From Octopus vulgaris (taxonomy: Eukaryota): a stretch of 64,000 bases of DNA. Both the position numbers and the translations under genes were made by a program. The stretch is taken from the NCBI GenBank assembly GCA_951406725.2, contig OX597842.1, positions 2,170,001-2,234,000 on the forward strand, read 5' to 3'. The notes beneath the pieces are model-generated. The model saw only the letters and a program-made list of their open reading frames with translations. It was not told the origin of the DNA and made no database searches. Shown here piece after piece: positions 24,852 to 38,783 of this stretch (position 1 is the first letter of the stretch; every line of letters begins with the position of its first letter).

Positions 24852-25541
24852 AATGTGTATATATGTATATATATATATCTGTATGTGTGTGTGTGTGTAT
24901 ATATATACACACACACAGATATATATTTTACATACAAGCACATACAAGTACATATGTATATATATATATTTACACACACTCATAAAGTCATATATAGATA
25001 TATGCATGTATGTATAAGGCGGGGGTCATGTTATCATAATTGTTCATTTTTATTGCAGAGTACTTCTGGTCCTGGGGCCCTAAGTTGGTGTGGGTTGGGG
25101 TTGCAGCGAAAGGGAAATTTCCCCTGGGGGTGGGGTCAGGAGTGGGAAGAAGAACTGCGCTTCTCTATCATGGGTGTAACTTGTGATATGACTTATTTAT
25201 AAGGTACACGACCACCCCTCCTCCAGGGGGGTTCCGTTCACATATTACATATTCCGACCCCTGTATTTTTTGTCTTTTTTTCCAAAGGTTAAGCAGGAAG
25301 GAGACATTGGGGGGGGGGGGTGTAGGGTTGTGGTGGGTGTATATTCGCAATGGTGGTAGTGGTGAGGTTTTTCCATGTGATGGGGGTAGGTTGGATGGGT
25401 TCTTTGTTAACCCATAATCATATATATATATATATACACACACACACTCACCACATGTATGTATATCATAATATACACACATATTTATACACATATAGGT
25501 ATTCATATTATATATACACATTTATAGATATATATGCATAC

Positions 25542-25597
<56 letters not shown>

Positions 25598-26075
25598 AGA
25601 TATAGTAAAACAGAGAGATTATATAACATGCATGTATATATACACATGTATATATGTTGATGTGTATTATGGCTGTTTATCTAAGTATATCTGTGTATCC
25701 ATCTACATATCTGACATTGTATCTGTCTGTCTGTCCATCCGTCCATCTATCTGTCATTCTATCTATCATTCTATCTATCTGTCTCTATCTATCTATCTAT
25801 CATATCTATCTGTCATTCTATCTATATATATCTATGTATGTATGTATATATGCATGTATGTATCTATCTGTTTGTCTATCTATCTATCTATTTTTTTATT
25901 CATTTATTTGTTTCAGTCCTTTGACTGTGACCATGCTGGAGCACTGCTCTTTAGTAGAGAAAATCGACCCCTGGACTTATTCTTGTAACCCTAATACATA
26001 TTCTATCGTTCTCTTTTGCCGAACCACTAAGTTACAAGGAGGTAAACACACCAAAATCGGTTGTCATGTTGTATA

Positions 26076-26125
<50 letters not shown>

Positions 26126-26290
26126 ACAAGCTTCTTTCAGTTTCCGTCTACCAAATCCACTAACAAGGTTTTGGTTGGCCTAGGGCTATAGTAGAAGATG
26201 CTTACCAAAGGTGCCATGCAGTGGGACTGAACCCAGAGCCATGTGGTTAGGAAGCAAGCTTCTTACCACACAGACACGCCTGTGCCTAGA

Positions 26291-26351
<61 letters not shown>

Positions 26352-26450
26352 TTGTCTATCTGTCTATCTATCTATCATACATAATGCTTATATATAAGTA
26401 TATTTGTGTGTGTGTGTTTATGTGCATATAGAAGATACAGATTAAAGTTT

Positions 26451-26500
<50 letters not shown>

Positions 26501-27298
26501 GCATATATTTCTTTGTAAACATGTATATCTGTATCTGTCTTTTTGTCCTATGTACCTACACATCTACGTCTCTGTCTCTGTACGTATATGTATGTGTGTG
26601 TATATATCTGTCTCTTTATGTGTGTATGTATATGTATGCGTATATATATATATAGAAGCATGTCTGTTAGTATGTAAATTGTATATATGTGTATATGTTT
26701 GTATGTATCTCTTCTTGGGCATGTTTGTGTAAATGTATTGAGGTGTGTGTGTAAATGTATTGAGGTGTATATATATATATATATAAAGAGAGAGAGAGAG
26801 AGTGAGAGAGATTATGTATGTAGATATATGTAATTTGTATATAGATATAAAATGTGTATAGATAGATTGATAGATAGATATAAAATATATGTGTATGTAT
26901 ATAAATGATATGTATGTATATGCATATATATGTGTGTGTATATATATATATATAATTATGAATGTTTGTGTGTATATGTGTATGTGTTTACACATGTGTA
27001 TGTATGTATGTATATATATATACATATACACACACAGAAACACACAGATACACTCTTATGTGAATGGGTCTTGAGAAAGCCTTTGGACAAACTGTGCTCC
27101 CTTAATTACATTCTGATCCAATTAATTTGCAGTTAGGATTGCATGTAAGTATGTATGTATGTGTGCGTGTGTGTGTGTGTTGACCCTCATCTAGATCAAG
27201 TGGGTGTGACTTAGGAAGGCAGATGTTGTTTCCTGTGGGATGAAATGGCTTGAGGGCAATATGCCTGTCTTGTGTGTGAGTATATATATATGTGTGTG

Positions 27299-27368
<70 letters not shown>

Positions 27369-27419
27369 CATATATATGTATATATACACATGTACATATG
27401 TGTGTATATTTATACATAC

Positions 27420-27458
<39 letters not shown>

Positions 27459-27609
27459 CATACACATACACTCATATGTATATACATACATATATATATT
27501 CATGTGTATATTTAGACAGAGAAAAATATTTATAAATCTGTATATAGCTACAGAGGCAAATATCTATATATGTAAAATACACACAACCACACGCACATAA
27601 TATACACAC

Positions 27610-27640
<31 letters not shown>

Positions 27641-27912
27641 ATACACACTCATTATACACACCAATGACATCTATATTGAGTTATATAGTTAATGGCACAT
27701 AAACCTTTATGTGTGTGAGTTTTATTTGTGAAAACACTCACATCACCGCACAAACACATGCCCATCTACACACATATATACGCACTCATATACACACGTC
27801 CATCCAGACATTAATAATCAGGGCATGAGAAATAAAGGGAGACACATGAAAAGGAGTTGTGAGAGGGATCCAGTACTGCCCCCAGATCATTGTGTTTTTC
27901 TATACAAATGAA

Positions 27913-27998
<86 letters not shown>

Positions 27999-28623
27999 AG
28001 ATGTGTTTATCAGTCTGTGTGTGTGTATACATATATCTATGTCTATCTGTCATTCTATCTATCTATATATATATATGTATACACATATCTATATGTATGT
28101 GTGTGTATATATATATATATACATGTATATGTATATGTATGTGTATATGTATGTATATATATGTGTGTATATATATGTATCTATATACATGTGTATATGT
28201 ATGTATATATATGTGTGTGTATATATATATATATCTATATCCATGTATATATGTGTGTGTATATATATATCTATGTACGTGTATATATGTATGTGTGTAT
28301 ATATATATATATCTATGTACGTGTATATATGTATGTGTGTATATATATATATCTATATATGTTTATATATGTATACATGTGTATGTATACATATGTATGT
28401 GTGTGCACATATATATATATATACATACATGCACAAATATGCATTATATATATAAAAATACATATGCATATATATATATATATATATATATGGGGTTATG
28501 TGCTTTTATACATATTCATATATAATTACATATATGTATATATTTGTATACACATGTATGCGTATGTATGATTATATATATACATGTATATTTATATATA
28601 TATCTATATATAGTATATATATA

Positions 28624-28658
<35 letters not shown>

Positions 28659-28680
28659 CACATACACGCACACATTTGGG
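24555..28680. repeat. Large compound (TA)n/(TG)n/(TATC)n field with short unique islands and one family A SINE (25905-26288, minus)
   Basis: Direct reading. Confidence 0.85.
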
Positions 28681-28884
28681 TTTGTGTGTATTTATTGGAG
28701 ATGGATGCTACGTGAAAAACTCGGAGAAGTTGTCTCCCTTCCCTTTCCTCTTTCCTCCTTCATAATTATGTCCACTCCAACCCTGTCCCTCACCCTGGGG
28801 CAAATAATCTCCGTTCTTTGCTCTATTATTTCACACTTGGCTGTACTTTGTGTGTTTTTATATATACTTCTTGGTCACACCTCT

Positions 28885-29340
28885 GTCTCCACCACCACAG
28901 CCACCTCTACAACCACCACTACTACCTCCACTACTACTACTTATTACTACAGCCACTACCACCACCACCACCACCACCACAACCTCTATTGCTTCTGCCA
29001 CCACTATGATGACCATCATTATCATTACCACTGTCACCATCACGGCTGCTACCATGACCACCACCATCATCGTTATCACCACCACCATGATTACTGCTGC
29101 CACTATAACCCCTCCCACTACTACTACTACTGTCCTCATGACCACTACTACCACTGCAAATACTACTACCATCTCCACCATCACTATGGTCACTACCACC
29201 ATCAGAACCACTCCCACCTCCCCTATTACCTCCACCACCATAACTGCCTCTGTCACCACCACTATACACCACCGCCATCGCCAACACCACTACTACTAGA
29301 ACCACTACTATCTCTGCCACCATCACTACCACCACCCCTG
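28885..29340 (+). repeat. (ACC/ACT)n low-complexity tract
   Basis: Direct reading. Confidence 0.9.
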
Positions 29341-29503
29341 CAATGGTCTATACAACATTAGGTGTCCTCTGTTTAGTCGTACTTTCTAGATAGAGCAGCC
29401 AAATATCCCTCAGATTCTGTATCACTATCCTGAAAACTGAAGGATGAATTTTGGATTCTGCAGTTATGATGCTGATAGTAATGATGAGGATGAAATATAT
29501 ATA

Positions 29504-29668
29504 TAGGCGTAGGAGTGGCTGTGTGGTAAGTAGCTTACTTACCAACTACATGGTTCCAGGTTCAGTCCTACTGCATAGCATCTCAGGCAAGTGTCTTCTA
29601 TTATAACTTCAGACTGACCAAAGCCTCGTGAGTGGATTTAGTTGGTGCAAACTGAAAGAAGCCTGTTG

Positions 29669-29700
<32 letters not shown>

Positions 29701-29969
29701 CATATGGGTCTATATGTGTGTGTATATGTTTGTGTATCTGTGTTTGTCCTCCCCCCAACATTGACAACTGATGCTGGTGTGTTTACATCTCCTGTAGCTT
29801 AGCAGTTTGGCAAAAGAAACTGATAGAAGAAGTACTAGGCTTACAAAGAATAAGTTCTGATGTTGATTTGCTTGACTAAAGGCAGTGCTCCAGCATGGCT
29901 GCAATAAAATGACTGAAACAAGTAAAAGAATAAAAGAATATATATATCGATCGATCGATCGATCGATCG

Positions 29970-30010
<41 letters not shown>

Positions 30011-30215
30011 TCCGGGTTCAATCCCACTGTGTGGCACCTTGGGCAAATGTCTTCTGCTATAACCTCTGGCTGACCAAACCTTGTGAGTGGATTTGGTTGA
30101 CAGAAACTGACAGAAGCTTGTCATGTATACATATATATGTATGCATGTATGTATTCATGTGTATGCGTCTTTTTGTCTGTAATTGTACCTCTATCACTGC
30201 TTGACAACCTGTGTT
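29504..30215 (+). mobile_element. SINE family A, full copy (29504-29940) and partial copy
   Basis: GGCGTAGGAGTGGCTGTGTGGTAAG head; GAAACAAGTAAAAGAATAAAAG tail. Confidence 0.85.
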
Positions 30216-30724
30216 GCTGGCCTTGTGCCAAAGTTTGAAACGCAAATGTATGAATAAATATTTAGCTATAGATGGACATTGTTTGAAGGTCCTTGATTCT
30301 AATAAATCTCCTTCATCAGCCCTTAATTTTAGCTGCACTAAATTGTTAAAATATATACCTTATGGCCAATTTTACTTACTGGTTCCACACTAGCTGGCAA
30401 AACAGATGTTTGATAACAGCATGGACTACTAATTCTCCTTGCTCATCAGAGCTATTAACAATGGAAAGAATATGGCATCAGCAGCCCTGAAAAGTATCCA
30501 GTAATACTAAGCTTTGCTGTTATCTGACCTCTATTTTAATACCCTGGTAATGGTTGGTAGGCCCTTGATCATAATAAGACTACTTAATCAGGTCTGACTT
30601 GGAATTAGACAAGGACTGCACTAAGTGTCGTATTTGTTAACATTAGTGTCACCACCTCTAGATAAAAGAAGTAGAAAGCAATATATTATTATGCTTTCAG
30701 GTTCTGCTTCATTGCATGAATAAA

Positions 30725-30842
30725 TCATCATCATCATCATCATCTTCTTCTTCTTCTTCTTCTTCTTCTTCTTCTTCTTCTTCTTCTTCTTCTTCTTCTT
30801 CTTCTTCTTCTTTTCCTCTTCCTCCTCCTCCTTCTTCTTCTT
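30725..30842 (+). repeat. (CAT)n-(CTT)n microsatellite
   Basis: Direct reading. Confidence 0.95.
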
Positions 30843-31048
30843 GACCATCCCTAATACAACAATATATATTTATATATATAGTAGCTCCAAAATATTTATA
30901 TATATATATATATAGTAGCTCCAAAATATTTATATATATATATATATAGTAGCTCCAAAATAAACAAGAGCAAACACAAAAACAACAACACTGTGTGTAC
31001 ATGGTACTTGTAAAGTATTAGCTAATGCTCAGGGAGGAACAGAAGGTG

Positions 31049-31084
31049 ATTTTACGTTTCGAGCAGACGCTCATCTTCAGAAAC
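31049..31084 (-). ncRNA. Minimal type-I hammerhead ribozyme, core intact
   Basis: GTTT CTGAAGA T GAGC-GTCT-GCTC GAAAC GTA AAAT: CUGANGA and GAAA cores, 4-bp stem II, loopless palindromic stem III, GUA site. Confidence 0.8.
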
Positions 31085-31274
31085 AGAGGAAAGTCCAGTA
31101 GAAGGGAAGACAAATATTTATTCTATTGATCTGTTTTGCCAAACTGCTATATTACAGAGACGTAAACAAACCAACATCGGTTGCCAAGCGATGGTCAGGA
31201 GCACAAACAGAGACACACAAATGGACTTATAAACACACATATACACACACACGCATGTTTATGTGTTTTACAGT

Positions 31275-31360
31275 GACCTAACTGATGAGCTACAGATGAC
31301 TAATTAATCAATTAACTAATTAATCGATTTATTTGGTCATTAATGGTGAAACTTATAGGT
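31275..31360 (+). ncRNA. Hammerhead-like motif with long stem II; cleavage site degenerate
   Basis: ACCTAA CTGATGA GCTA...ATGACTA...TGGTCAT...TGGT GAAAC TTA TAGGT. Confidence 0.5.
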
Positions 31361-31519
31361 ATAAGGTTAACTGAAATTTTTATGTTTGCATACAAACAAC
31401 ATGCTCTAATGTGTGAAAGTGTTTTCTTTTTTGTGGTTTTGGGTTTTGACTGCCCTTTCTAGCATGTAAGAAATTCACATATTGGTTTTCACCTCGTGTA
31501 TGTCTCAAATATATATATA

Positions 31520-31684
31520 TAGGTGTAGGAGTGGCTGTGTGGTAAGTAGCTTGCTTACCAACCACATGGTTCTGGGTTCAGTCCCACTGCGTGGCACCTT
31601 GGGCAAGTGTCTTCTACTATAGTCTCGGTCCGACCAAAGCCTTGTGAGTGGATTTGGTAGACGGAAACTGAAAGAAGCCTGTCG

Positions 31685-31717
<33 letters not shown>

Positions 31718-32075
31718 CTGTGTTTGTCCCCCTAACATCGCTTGACAACTGATGCTGGTGTGTTTATGTCCCTGTAACTTAGCAGTTCGGGAAAAGAGAC
31801 CGATAAAATAAGTACTAGGTTTAAAGAGAATAAGTCCTGGGGTTGATTAGCTTGACTCAAGGTGGTGCTCCAGCATGGCCACAGTCAAATGACTGAAACA
31901 AGTAAAAGAGTAAAGAGTATATATATATGGATACATACAACAGGCTTCTTTCAGTTTCTGTCAACGAAATCCACTCACAAGGCCTTGGTCAGCCTGACAC
32001 TATAGTAGAAGACACTTGACCAAGGTGCGATACAGTGGGACTGAACCTGAAACCACGTGGTTGGAAAGCAAGCTT
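31520..32075. mobile_element. SINE family A full (+, 31520-31918) and head (-, 31940-32075), tail-to-tail
   Basis: Homology to other copies. Confidence 0.85.
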
Positions 32076-32439
32076 GTTCTATATTATATATATATATATG
32101 TTTGTGTATAGTGCAAACACAACAGGAGAATTAAGACACATAAAAACAGGTAACCTCCATGAGAGTATTACGCAACTATTACCTAAGTTTATGAAACAGC
32201 CTGTAGCCATGTGAGATAGAGTAACTGCCTTCTGTATTTATTCATCTGTGCTTGCATTAGGATAGACATTTTCATAGGTTTAAATAGAAGAGGAAACGGA
32301 ACCATTAACTGAATAAAGAAATCAATACGTAAAGTAGTTCTAAGTATTTATTTAACAGAAGGTGACAACGAATTTGAAGTTTTGCCAAAGCTGTTTTTTT
32401 TTTTTTTTTCCAAACTGTGTTGGCAGGAAAGATACTCAT

Positions 32440-32457
32440 CATATGTATGTATATACT

Positions 32458-32539
<82 letters not shown>

Positions 32540-32573
32540 CATATACATATGTTTATATACATATATATGTATG

Positions 32574-32634
<61 letters not shown>

Positions 32635-32785
32635 GTTTATATATATATGTTTATATACATATATGTGTATATGTATGTATATATATATATATACACACAC
32701 ACATATACATATGTTTATATACATATGTGTATATATGTATATATATATATATAAATATATATACATATATGTATATATCTATCTA

Positions 32786-32839
<54 letters not shown>

Positions 32840-32887
32840 TGTATGCATATATATATATGCCAATAATTATTCATACATATGTGTATC

Positions 32888-32933
<46 letters not shown>

Positions 32934-32982
32934 AATAATTATTCATACATATGTGTATCTATATATATACATACATATATAC

Positions 32983-33029
<47 letters not shown>

Positions 33030-33130
33030 CCAATAATTATTCATACATACATATGTGTATCTATATACATACAGACAGTATATAAAATTATATGTATGTA
33101 TGTATGTCTAATGGATGTGTATATATACAA
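32440..33130. repeat. (TA)n-rich tract with repeated CCAATAATTATTCATACATATGTGTATC units
   Basis: Units at ~32860, ~32932 and ~33030. Confidence 0.9.
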
Positions 33131-33673
33131 TTCACTAGAACCGCACAAAGCTGTGGGAATGAAAATAGAGATGAGTACAAGTGTCTTAACACAAGAATGT
33201 ATCTAAACTAAATGTACATAACTATCTGTCTGTCTGAGTAGTTCTCTATATTTATCCATCTATTTTCCTACTTACATACCTACCTCGTCCCTTTTTCTCT
33301 CCCTCCCCCCCCCCCCCCCTCTTTGTCTTTCATGTATCATCAACATCATTTAACATCGGACCTGGCAAGCAAGAGGGCTGCACCAGGTTCCAGTTTCATT
33401 TGGCAGGGTTTCTACAGCTGGATGCCCTTCCTAATGCCAACCCCTTTTACAGTGTCCGCTGGGTGCTTTCAACATGGCCCCTCCACATGTACTTTTACAA
33501 GGTGCTGGTGCAAGTGCTTTTACACCAGCACAGGGGGCTCATTACCATTCTTCTTCATCCAGTGGACTAGCATTAATACTTTTGCAGGGAAGGACTGGTC
33601 TTCTTGAGTACAGCAAGGCACCGGATATCTTGATCCTTTGTCATCTCCTCTGTAAGGTTCAGTGTATACATAT

Positions 33674-34095
33674 ACTCTCTTTACTCTTTTACTTGTTTTG
33701 GTCATTTGATTGTGGCCATGCTGCAGCACCACCTTTAGTCGAGCAAATCGATCGCAGGACATATTCTTTGAAAGCTTAGTACTTATTCTGTCAGTCTCCT
33801 TTAACGAACAGCTAAGTTACGGGAATGTAAACACACCAGCATCAGTTGTCAAGAGATGTTGGGGGGACAAACACAGATGCACAAACACACACACACACAC
33901 ACATACACACATATCTATATACATATATACGACGGGCTTTTTTTGGTTTTCGTCTACCAAATCCACTCACAAGGCTTTGGCCGGCCAGAGGCTATAGTAG
34001 AAGATACTTGCCCAAAGTGCCACGCAGTGGGACTGAACCCGGAACCATGTGGTTGGTAAGCAAGCTACTTACCACACAGCCACTCTTACACCTAT
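33674..34095 (-). mobile_element. SINE family A, full length
   Basis: Homology to 1175-1572. Confidence 0.9.
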
Positions 34096-34441
34096 TGACA
34101 AATTTGAAATGAAAATTTAAGGAATAAATGTGTATATGTGAGTGTGTGTGTGTTTGTATATGTTTAAAATATATGTTTCTATATTCACTTTCTAAATGTA
34201 ATCAAACTATTTATCTTCTATGTAATATTAAAGTGTATCATTTAATGTTGGAGAATCTCTCTGGTGTAATAGTATCATAATTATATAGGTTATTGTAGAT
34301 ATATTGTATGAGTGTTGCAAATAATTTTTCAGCTTTTTCCCCCAACCCATGTAAGGTGTATTTAACTCTTTGTATTATATAAGCTGTTATTTAGATGTGA
34401 TTTGACACTTGAGATATAATTCGTTATAGAATTATTTAGGT

Positions 34442-35645
34442 AGGTGCTGGCATGGCTGTGTGGTAAGAAGTTTGCTTCTCAGTTACATGGTTCCAAGTTC
34501 AATTCCATTGTGTGGCATCATGGGTAAGTGTCTTCCACTATAGCCTCGAGCCAACCAAAGACTTCTGAATGGATTTGATAGACAGAAACTGAAAGAAGCC
34601 TGTTGTATATGTGTGTGTACGTGTGTGTTTGTGTGTGTGTCTCTGTGAGTTTTATCAAACCGCTAAGTTATAGGGATGTAAACACACCAACACTGGTTGT
34701 CAAGCAGTGGTGGTGGACAAAGACACACATACTCACACATACACACACTCATATTTGACAGGTTTTGTACAGTTTCCATTTACCAAATCCACTCACAAGA
34801 CTTTAGTCAGCCTGAGAATGTAGTAGAAGACACTTGCCCTAGATGTCATGCAATGGGACTGAACCCGGAACCATGTGTTTGGGAAGCAAACTTTTTATGA
34901 CATAGACATGTTTATGGAATTGTGAATAAAAATCTCTGAATTCCATTAAGATTTTGTTTAGCAAAAAGTAGGTGCAGTGTGGCTGTGTGGTAAGAAGCTT
35001 GCTTCCCAACCACGTGGTCCCAGGTTCAGTCCCACTGTGTGACACCTTGGGCAAGTGTCTTGATAAAAGCCCATCGTATATGAGAGTGTATGCACGTACA
35101 CGCCTATGTCTGTGTTTACTACTACTTTATAAGTAGTGTGGGTGTGTTTTTGTCTCCCTGACTATTGCCAAACTGCTAAGTTACAGGGATATAAACACAC
35201 CAACACTGGTTGTCAAGCAGTAGTGGCGAACAAATGCAAATGCAATGGGCTTCTTTCAGTTTCTGTCTATCAAATCCTCTGACAAGGTTTTGATCAGCCT
35301 TGAGGCTGTAGTAGACAACACTTGCCCAAGGTGCCATGCTGTGGGACTGAACCCGGAACCATGTGGTTGGGAAGCAAGCTTCTTCTTTCTTTGCTGCCCA
35401 CAAGGGGTTACACACAGAGGGGTCAAACAAGGACAGACAAATGGATTAAATCGATTATATCGACACCAGTGCATAACTGGTACTTATTTAATCGACTCCA
35501 AATCGATGAAAGGCTAAGTTGACCTCGGCGGAATTTGAACTCAGAACGTAGCAGCAGATGAAATACCGCTAAGCATTTTGCCTGGCGTGCTAGTGCTTCT
35601 GCCAGCTCTCTGCCTTATGCAAGCTTCTTACCACACAGCCACACC
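34442..35645. mobile_element. Cluster of family A SINEs; the last (35165-35645, minus) carries a family B insertion at 35385-35618
   Basis: TSD GCAAGCTTCTT at 35374-35384 and 35619-35629. Confidence 0.85.
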
Positions 35646-36064
35646 TTCTAGCGGCACATGGAATTGTGTATATAAATCTTTGAATTTCAATACGATTTTG
35701 TTTGGAAAATAAGAATTTACATGAAAACTGTAAAATACTGGTAACAGACGGTTACTGTTGATCTGTTTTAACACAACATAAATAATATTTTTCTTTTAAC
35801 AGCTGTAAAAACCTGTTCAATTTATTTTTATACAAGTAAAATCTCAGAATATTAACTGAGAAAGGTACTTGTTTATTTCTTGAAAGAAACATACAAAATT
35901 CATGTAAATATTAAAATCAAAATAAAATTTAATATAGATATTAAATGCGAGAAACGTAAATTAATAGGTGTAAAAGGGAATGTGTTTTACAAAATTTCAA
36001 GTTGTAAATTTTATTTGAAATGGATGTAAACCGACCAAAGTGCAATAAATATTATCAGAATATA

Positions 36065-36395
36065 AGAACAGCTGTGTAAAGAAGTACTGATCTCTAACTT
36101 TGGGGGGAACCTACGGAAGAGGTAGATCCAGGAGGACATAGGACGAGGTGGTGAAATATGATGTTTGGATGTTGAGTCTCATGGTGATGATGACAAGTGA
36201 TCAAAATTTTTGGTGATTTGCTGTGCTTGAGGAGACACATCAAGCCATGTGAAATCATAGCTATGGCCAGTGCTGCCGATATGTAAATGGCACCTGTAAC
36301 TGTGACATGTACAAGGCAAGTGTGCCTGTGGCACATAGATGCACTCATGTTGGTGGCATGTAAAATGTACCCATTACACTCTTGGAATGACTGGA
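36065..36395 (+). mobile_element. Old RTE LINE 3' fragment
   Basis: GGAACCTACGGAAGAGGTAGATCCAGGAGGACATAGGACGAGGTGGTGAA aligns with 6267-6317. Confidence 0.75.
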
Positions 36396-36414
36396 AGGGC
36401 ATACATACATACAT

Positions 36415-36690
36415 GCTGAGACCTCCTTCGGTCATGACTGACCATGGGATTGCACCTAGAAAGTTACCCTCCCAGGCAAAAGTCTGGGCAAGGTTGTTTA
36501 TGGAAGACCAGCAGTCGTCCATGCATACCAGCCTCCCCTCATCATGTCACTGATGTTATCCAAGGGAAAGGCAAAGGGGCCGATACAGCTTGGCACCTGT
36601 GATGTTGTATCTCATTTCTACAGCTCAGTGAAGTGGAGTAACATGAAAAAAGTGTCTTGCTCAAGAACACAACATGCAGCCTGGTCCATT
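36415..36690 (-). mobile_element. SINE family C, 5'-truncated
   Basis: Reverse homology to 18770-19038. Confidence 0.85.
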
Positions 36691-36792
36691 TTGTGAAATC
36701 AGACTGGAGCCTGGCACAGCTCTCTGCTTTGTCAGTTCCAGTCAAATCATCTAACGCATGCCATCATGAAAAGCAGACACTGAATGATGATT

Positions 36793-37465
36793 ATCATCAT
36801 CATCATCATCATTTAACGTCCGCTTTCCATGCTAGCATGGGTTGGACGGTTCAATTGGGGTATGGGGAGCCAGAAGGCTGCACCAGGCCCAGTCTGATCT
36901 GGCAATGTTTCTACAGCTGGATGCCCTTCCTAATGCCAACCACTCCGTGAGTGTAGTGGGTGCTTTTTACGTCCCACCTGCACAGGTGCCAGACAAGGCT
37001 GGCAAACGGCCACGATCTGATGGTGCTTTTTATGTGCCACCGGCATGGGGGCCAGACGAGGCTGGCAACAGCCACAATCGGATGGTGCTTTTTACGTGCC
37101 ACCGGCATGGGGGCCAAACGAGGCTGGCAACTGCCACAATCGGATGGTGCTTTTTACGTGCCACCGGCATGGGGGCCAGACGAGACTGGCAACAGCCACA
37201 ATCGGATGGTGCTTTTTACGTGCCACCGGCATGGGGGCCAGACGAGGCTGGCAACGGCCACAATCGGATGGTGCTTTTTACGTGCCACCGGCATGGGGGC
37301 CAGACGAGGCTGGCAATGGCCACAATCGGATGGTGCTTTTTACGTGCCACCGGCATGGGGGCCAGACGAGGCTGGCAATGGCCACAATCGGATGGTGCTT
37401 TTTACGTGCCACCGGCATGGGGGCCAGACGAGGCTGGCAATGGCCACAATCGGATGGTGCTTTTT
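36793..37465 (-). mobile_element. RTE 3'-UTR element with a 62-bp minisatellite (~8 units, 36958-37465)
   Basis: CGGATGGTGC at 37079, 37141, 37203, 37265, 37327, 37389 and 37451. Confidence 0.9.
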
Positions 37466-38004
37466 AAAAAAATGTCTTTTGGTTTTTTTACATCATTACC
37501 ATTCTACTGCTCCTCAGTTCCATCTTCATTGAGTTCCATCACCTCTACAACATATCCACCTTTCACTACAGCCACTCCTTAACCCTATTCAGTTTCTGCA
37601 GTTGTCACCTACTCTTCCCCATTTTTCCTTCTCATCCTCCAAACAAAACTTGTTCTTCATTTTTATCTCTCTTTACTTGTTTCACTCGTTAGACTATGAC
37701 CATCCTGGAGCATTGCTTTGAGGAATTTTTAGTCGAATAAATCAACTCAGCATTTATATATATATTTTTAAGGCTGGTACTTATTCTGTCAATACTTTTT
37801 ATTGAACTGCTAAGTTATGAGGACATAATCATGCCAACACTTGTTGTTAAGTGGTGGTGGTGGTGGTGGGGGACAAACACAGACACAAAGACCTACACAC
37901 ACACACATCATCATCCTCATCAACATTTAACGTCCGCTTTCCATGCTAGCATGGGTTGGACGATTTTGACTGAGGATTTGCGAACCAGATGGTTGCACCA
38001 GGCT

Positions 38005-38285
38005 CGGCAATGATGATGACAGTGATAGTGATTATGATGATATTGATGGTGATTCTGGTGATGATGGTAATGATGGTGATCCTGATGATGGTGATGACAA
38101 CAATGATGGTGATGACAACGATGATGATGCTGATCCTGATGATCATAATGGCGATGATGATGATGATGATGATATTGACAATGGTAATGATGAAAATGAT
38201 TATGATGGTGAGGATTATGTTGATGATGATCCTGATGATGACAATAACAATAGCAACATCAATGATGATGATGATGACGACTATA
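38005..38285 (+). repeat. (GAT)n low-complexity tract
   Basis: Direct reading. Confidence 0.9.
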
Positions 38286-38783
38286 GTGGTACCAATTATA
38301 TATTAGTGAATCACTAAAACCTACTTCGACTTAAACATTATATAGTTCACAACATTTTGCCAGACAGCAACAGGGGTACTTAAACAAGACATACTTAAAT
38401 AACGCTCTGATATTTCTCTCTCAGAAAATTTCCTCTAAGAATCGGCAAAGCCTAATAACAGGTTATAGACAAACATGTATATATATTGAAGTGTGTATTT
38501 GTGTATATAGCTATGTGTGTGAGGGTGTAAATATAATTATACACACCTGTGTTGGAGACAATGCAGACATCCTCAAATTAGATAGGATTGCCGTGTGCAA
38601 ATTTACAAAGTAAAGGTGATTTGTTGTTGGTTAGGTATATGAAGATAGGAATGTATAATGTGTATTGCTGAAAATAATATAAGAAATTACAAGTTTTAGT
38701 CAAGCATAATGTGTGTAGTATGTTATTGAGAATATACTAGTGAACAACCCATCACATATATCTTCTTTTCTTTTATTCTTTTA

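Noticed and set aside
30255-30325. CTGATGA on minus (also ~5151 minus and 6929 plus)
   Set aside because: No properly placed stem II + GAAA + NUH; 6929 is a point variant of the RTE tail.
23714-33206. Long ORFs rich in Y/I/C/V/H/T (e.g. 32382-33206, 25350-25988, also 51081-52088)
   Set aside because: Translations of (TA)n/(TG)n/(CA)n microsatellites, open in several frames on both strands.
36842-37582. 246-aa repetitive ORF or CRISPR-like 62-bp array
   Set aside because: Unit length is not a multiple of 3, it lies antisense in an RTE 3' UTR, and there are no unique spacers.
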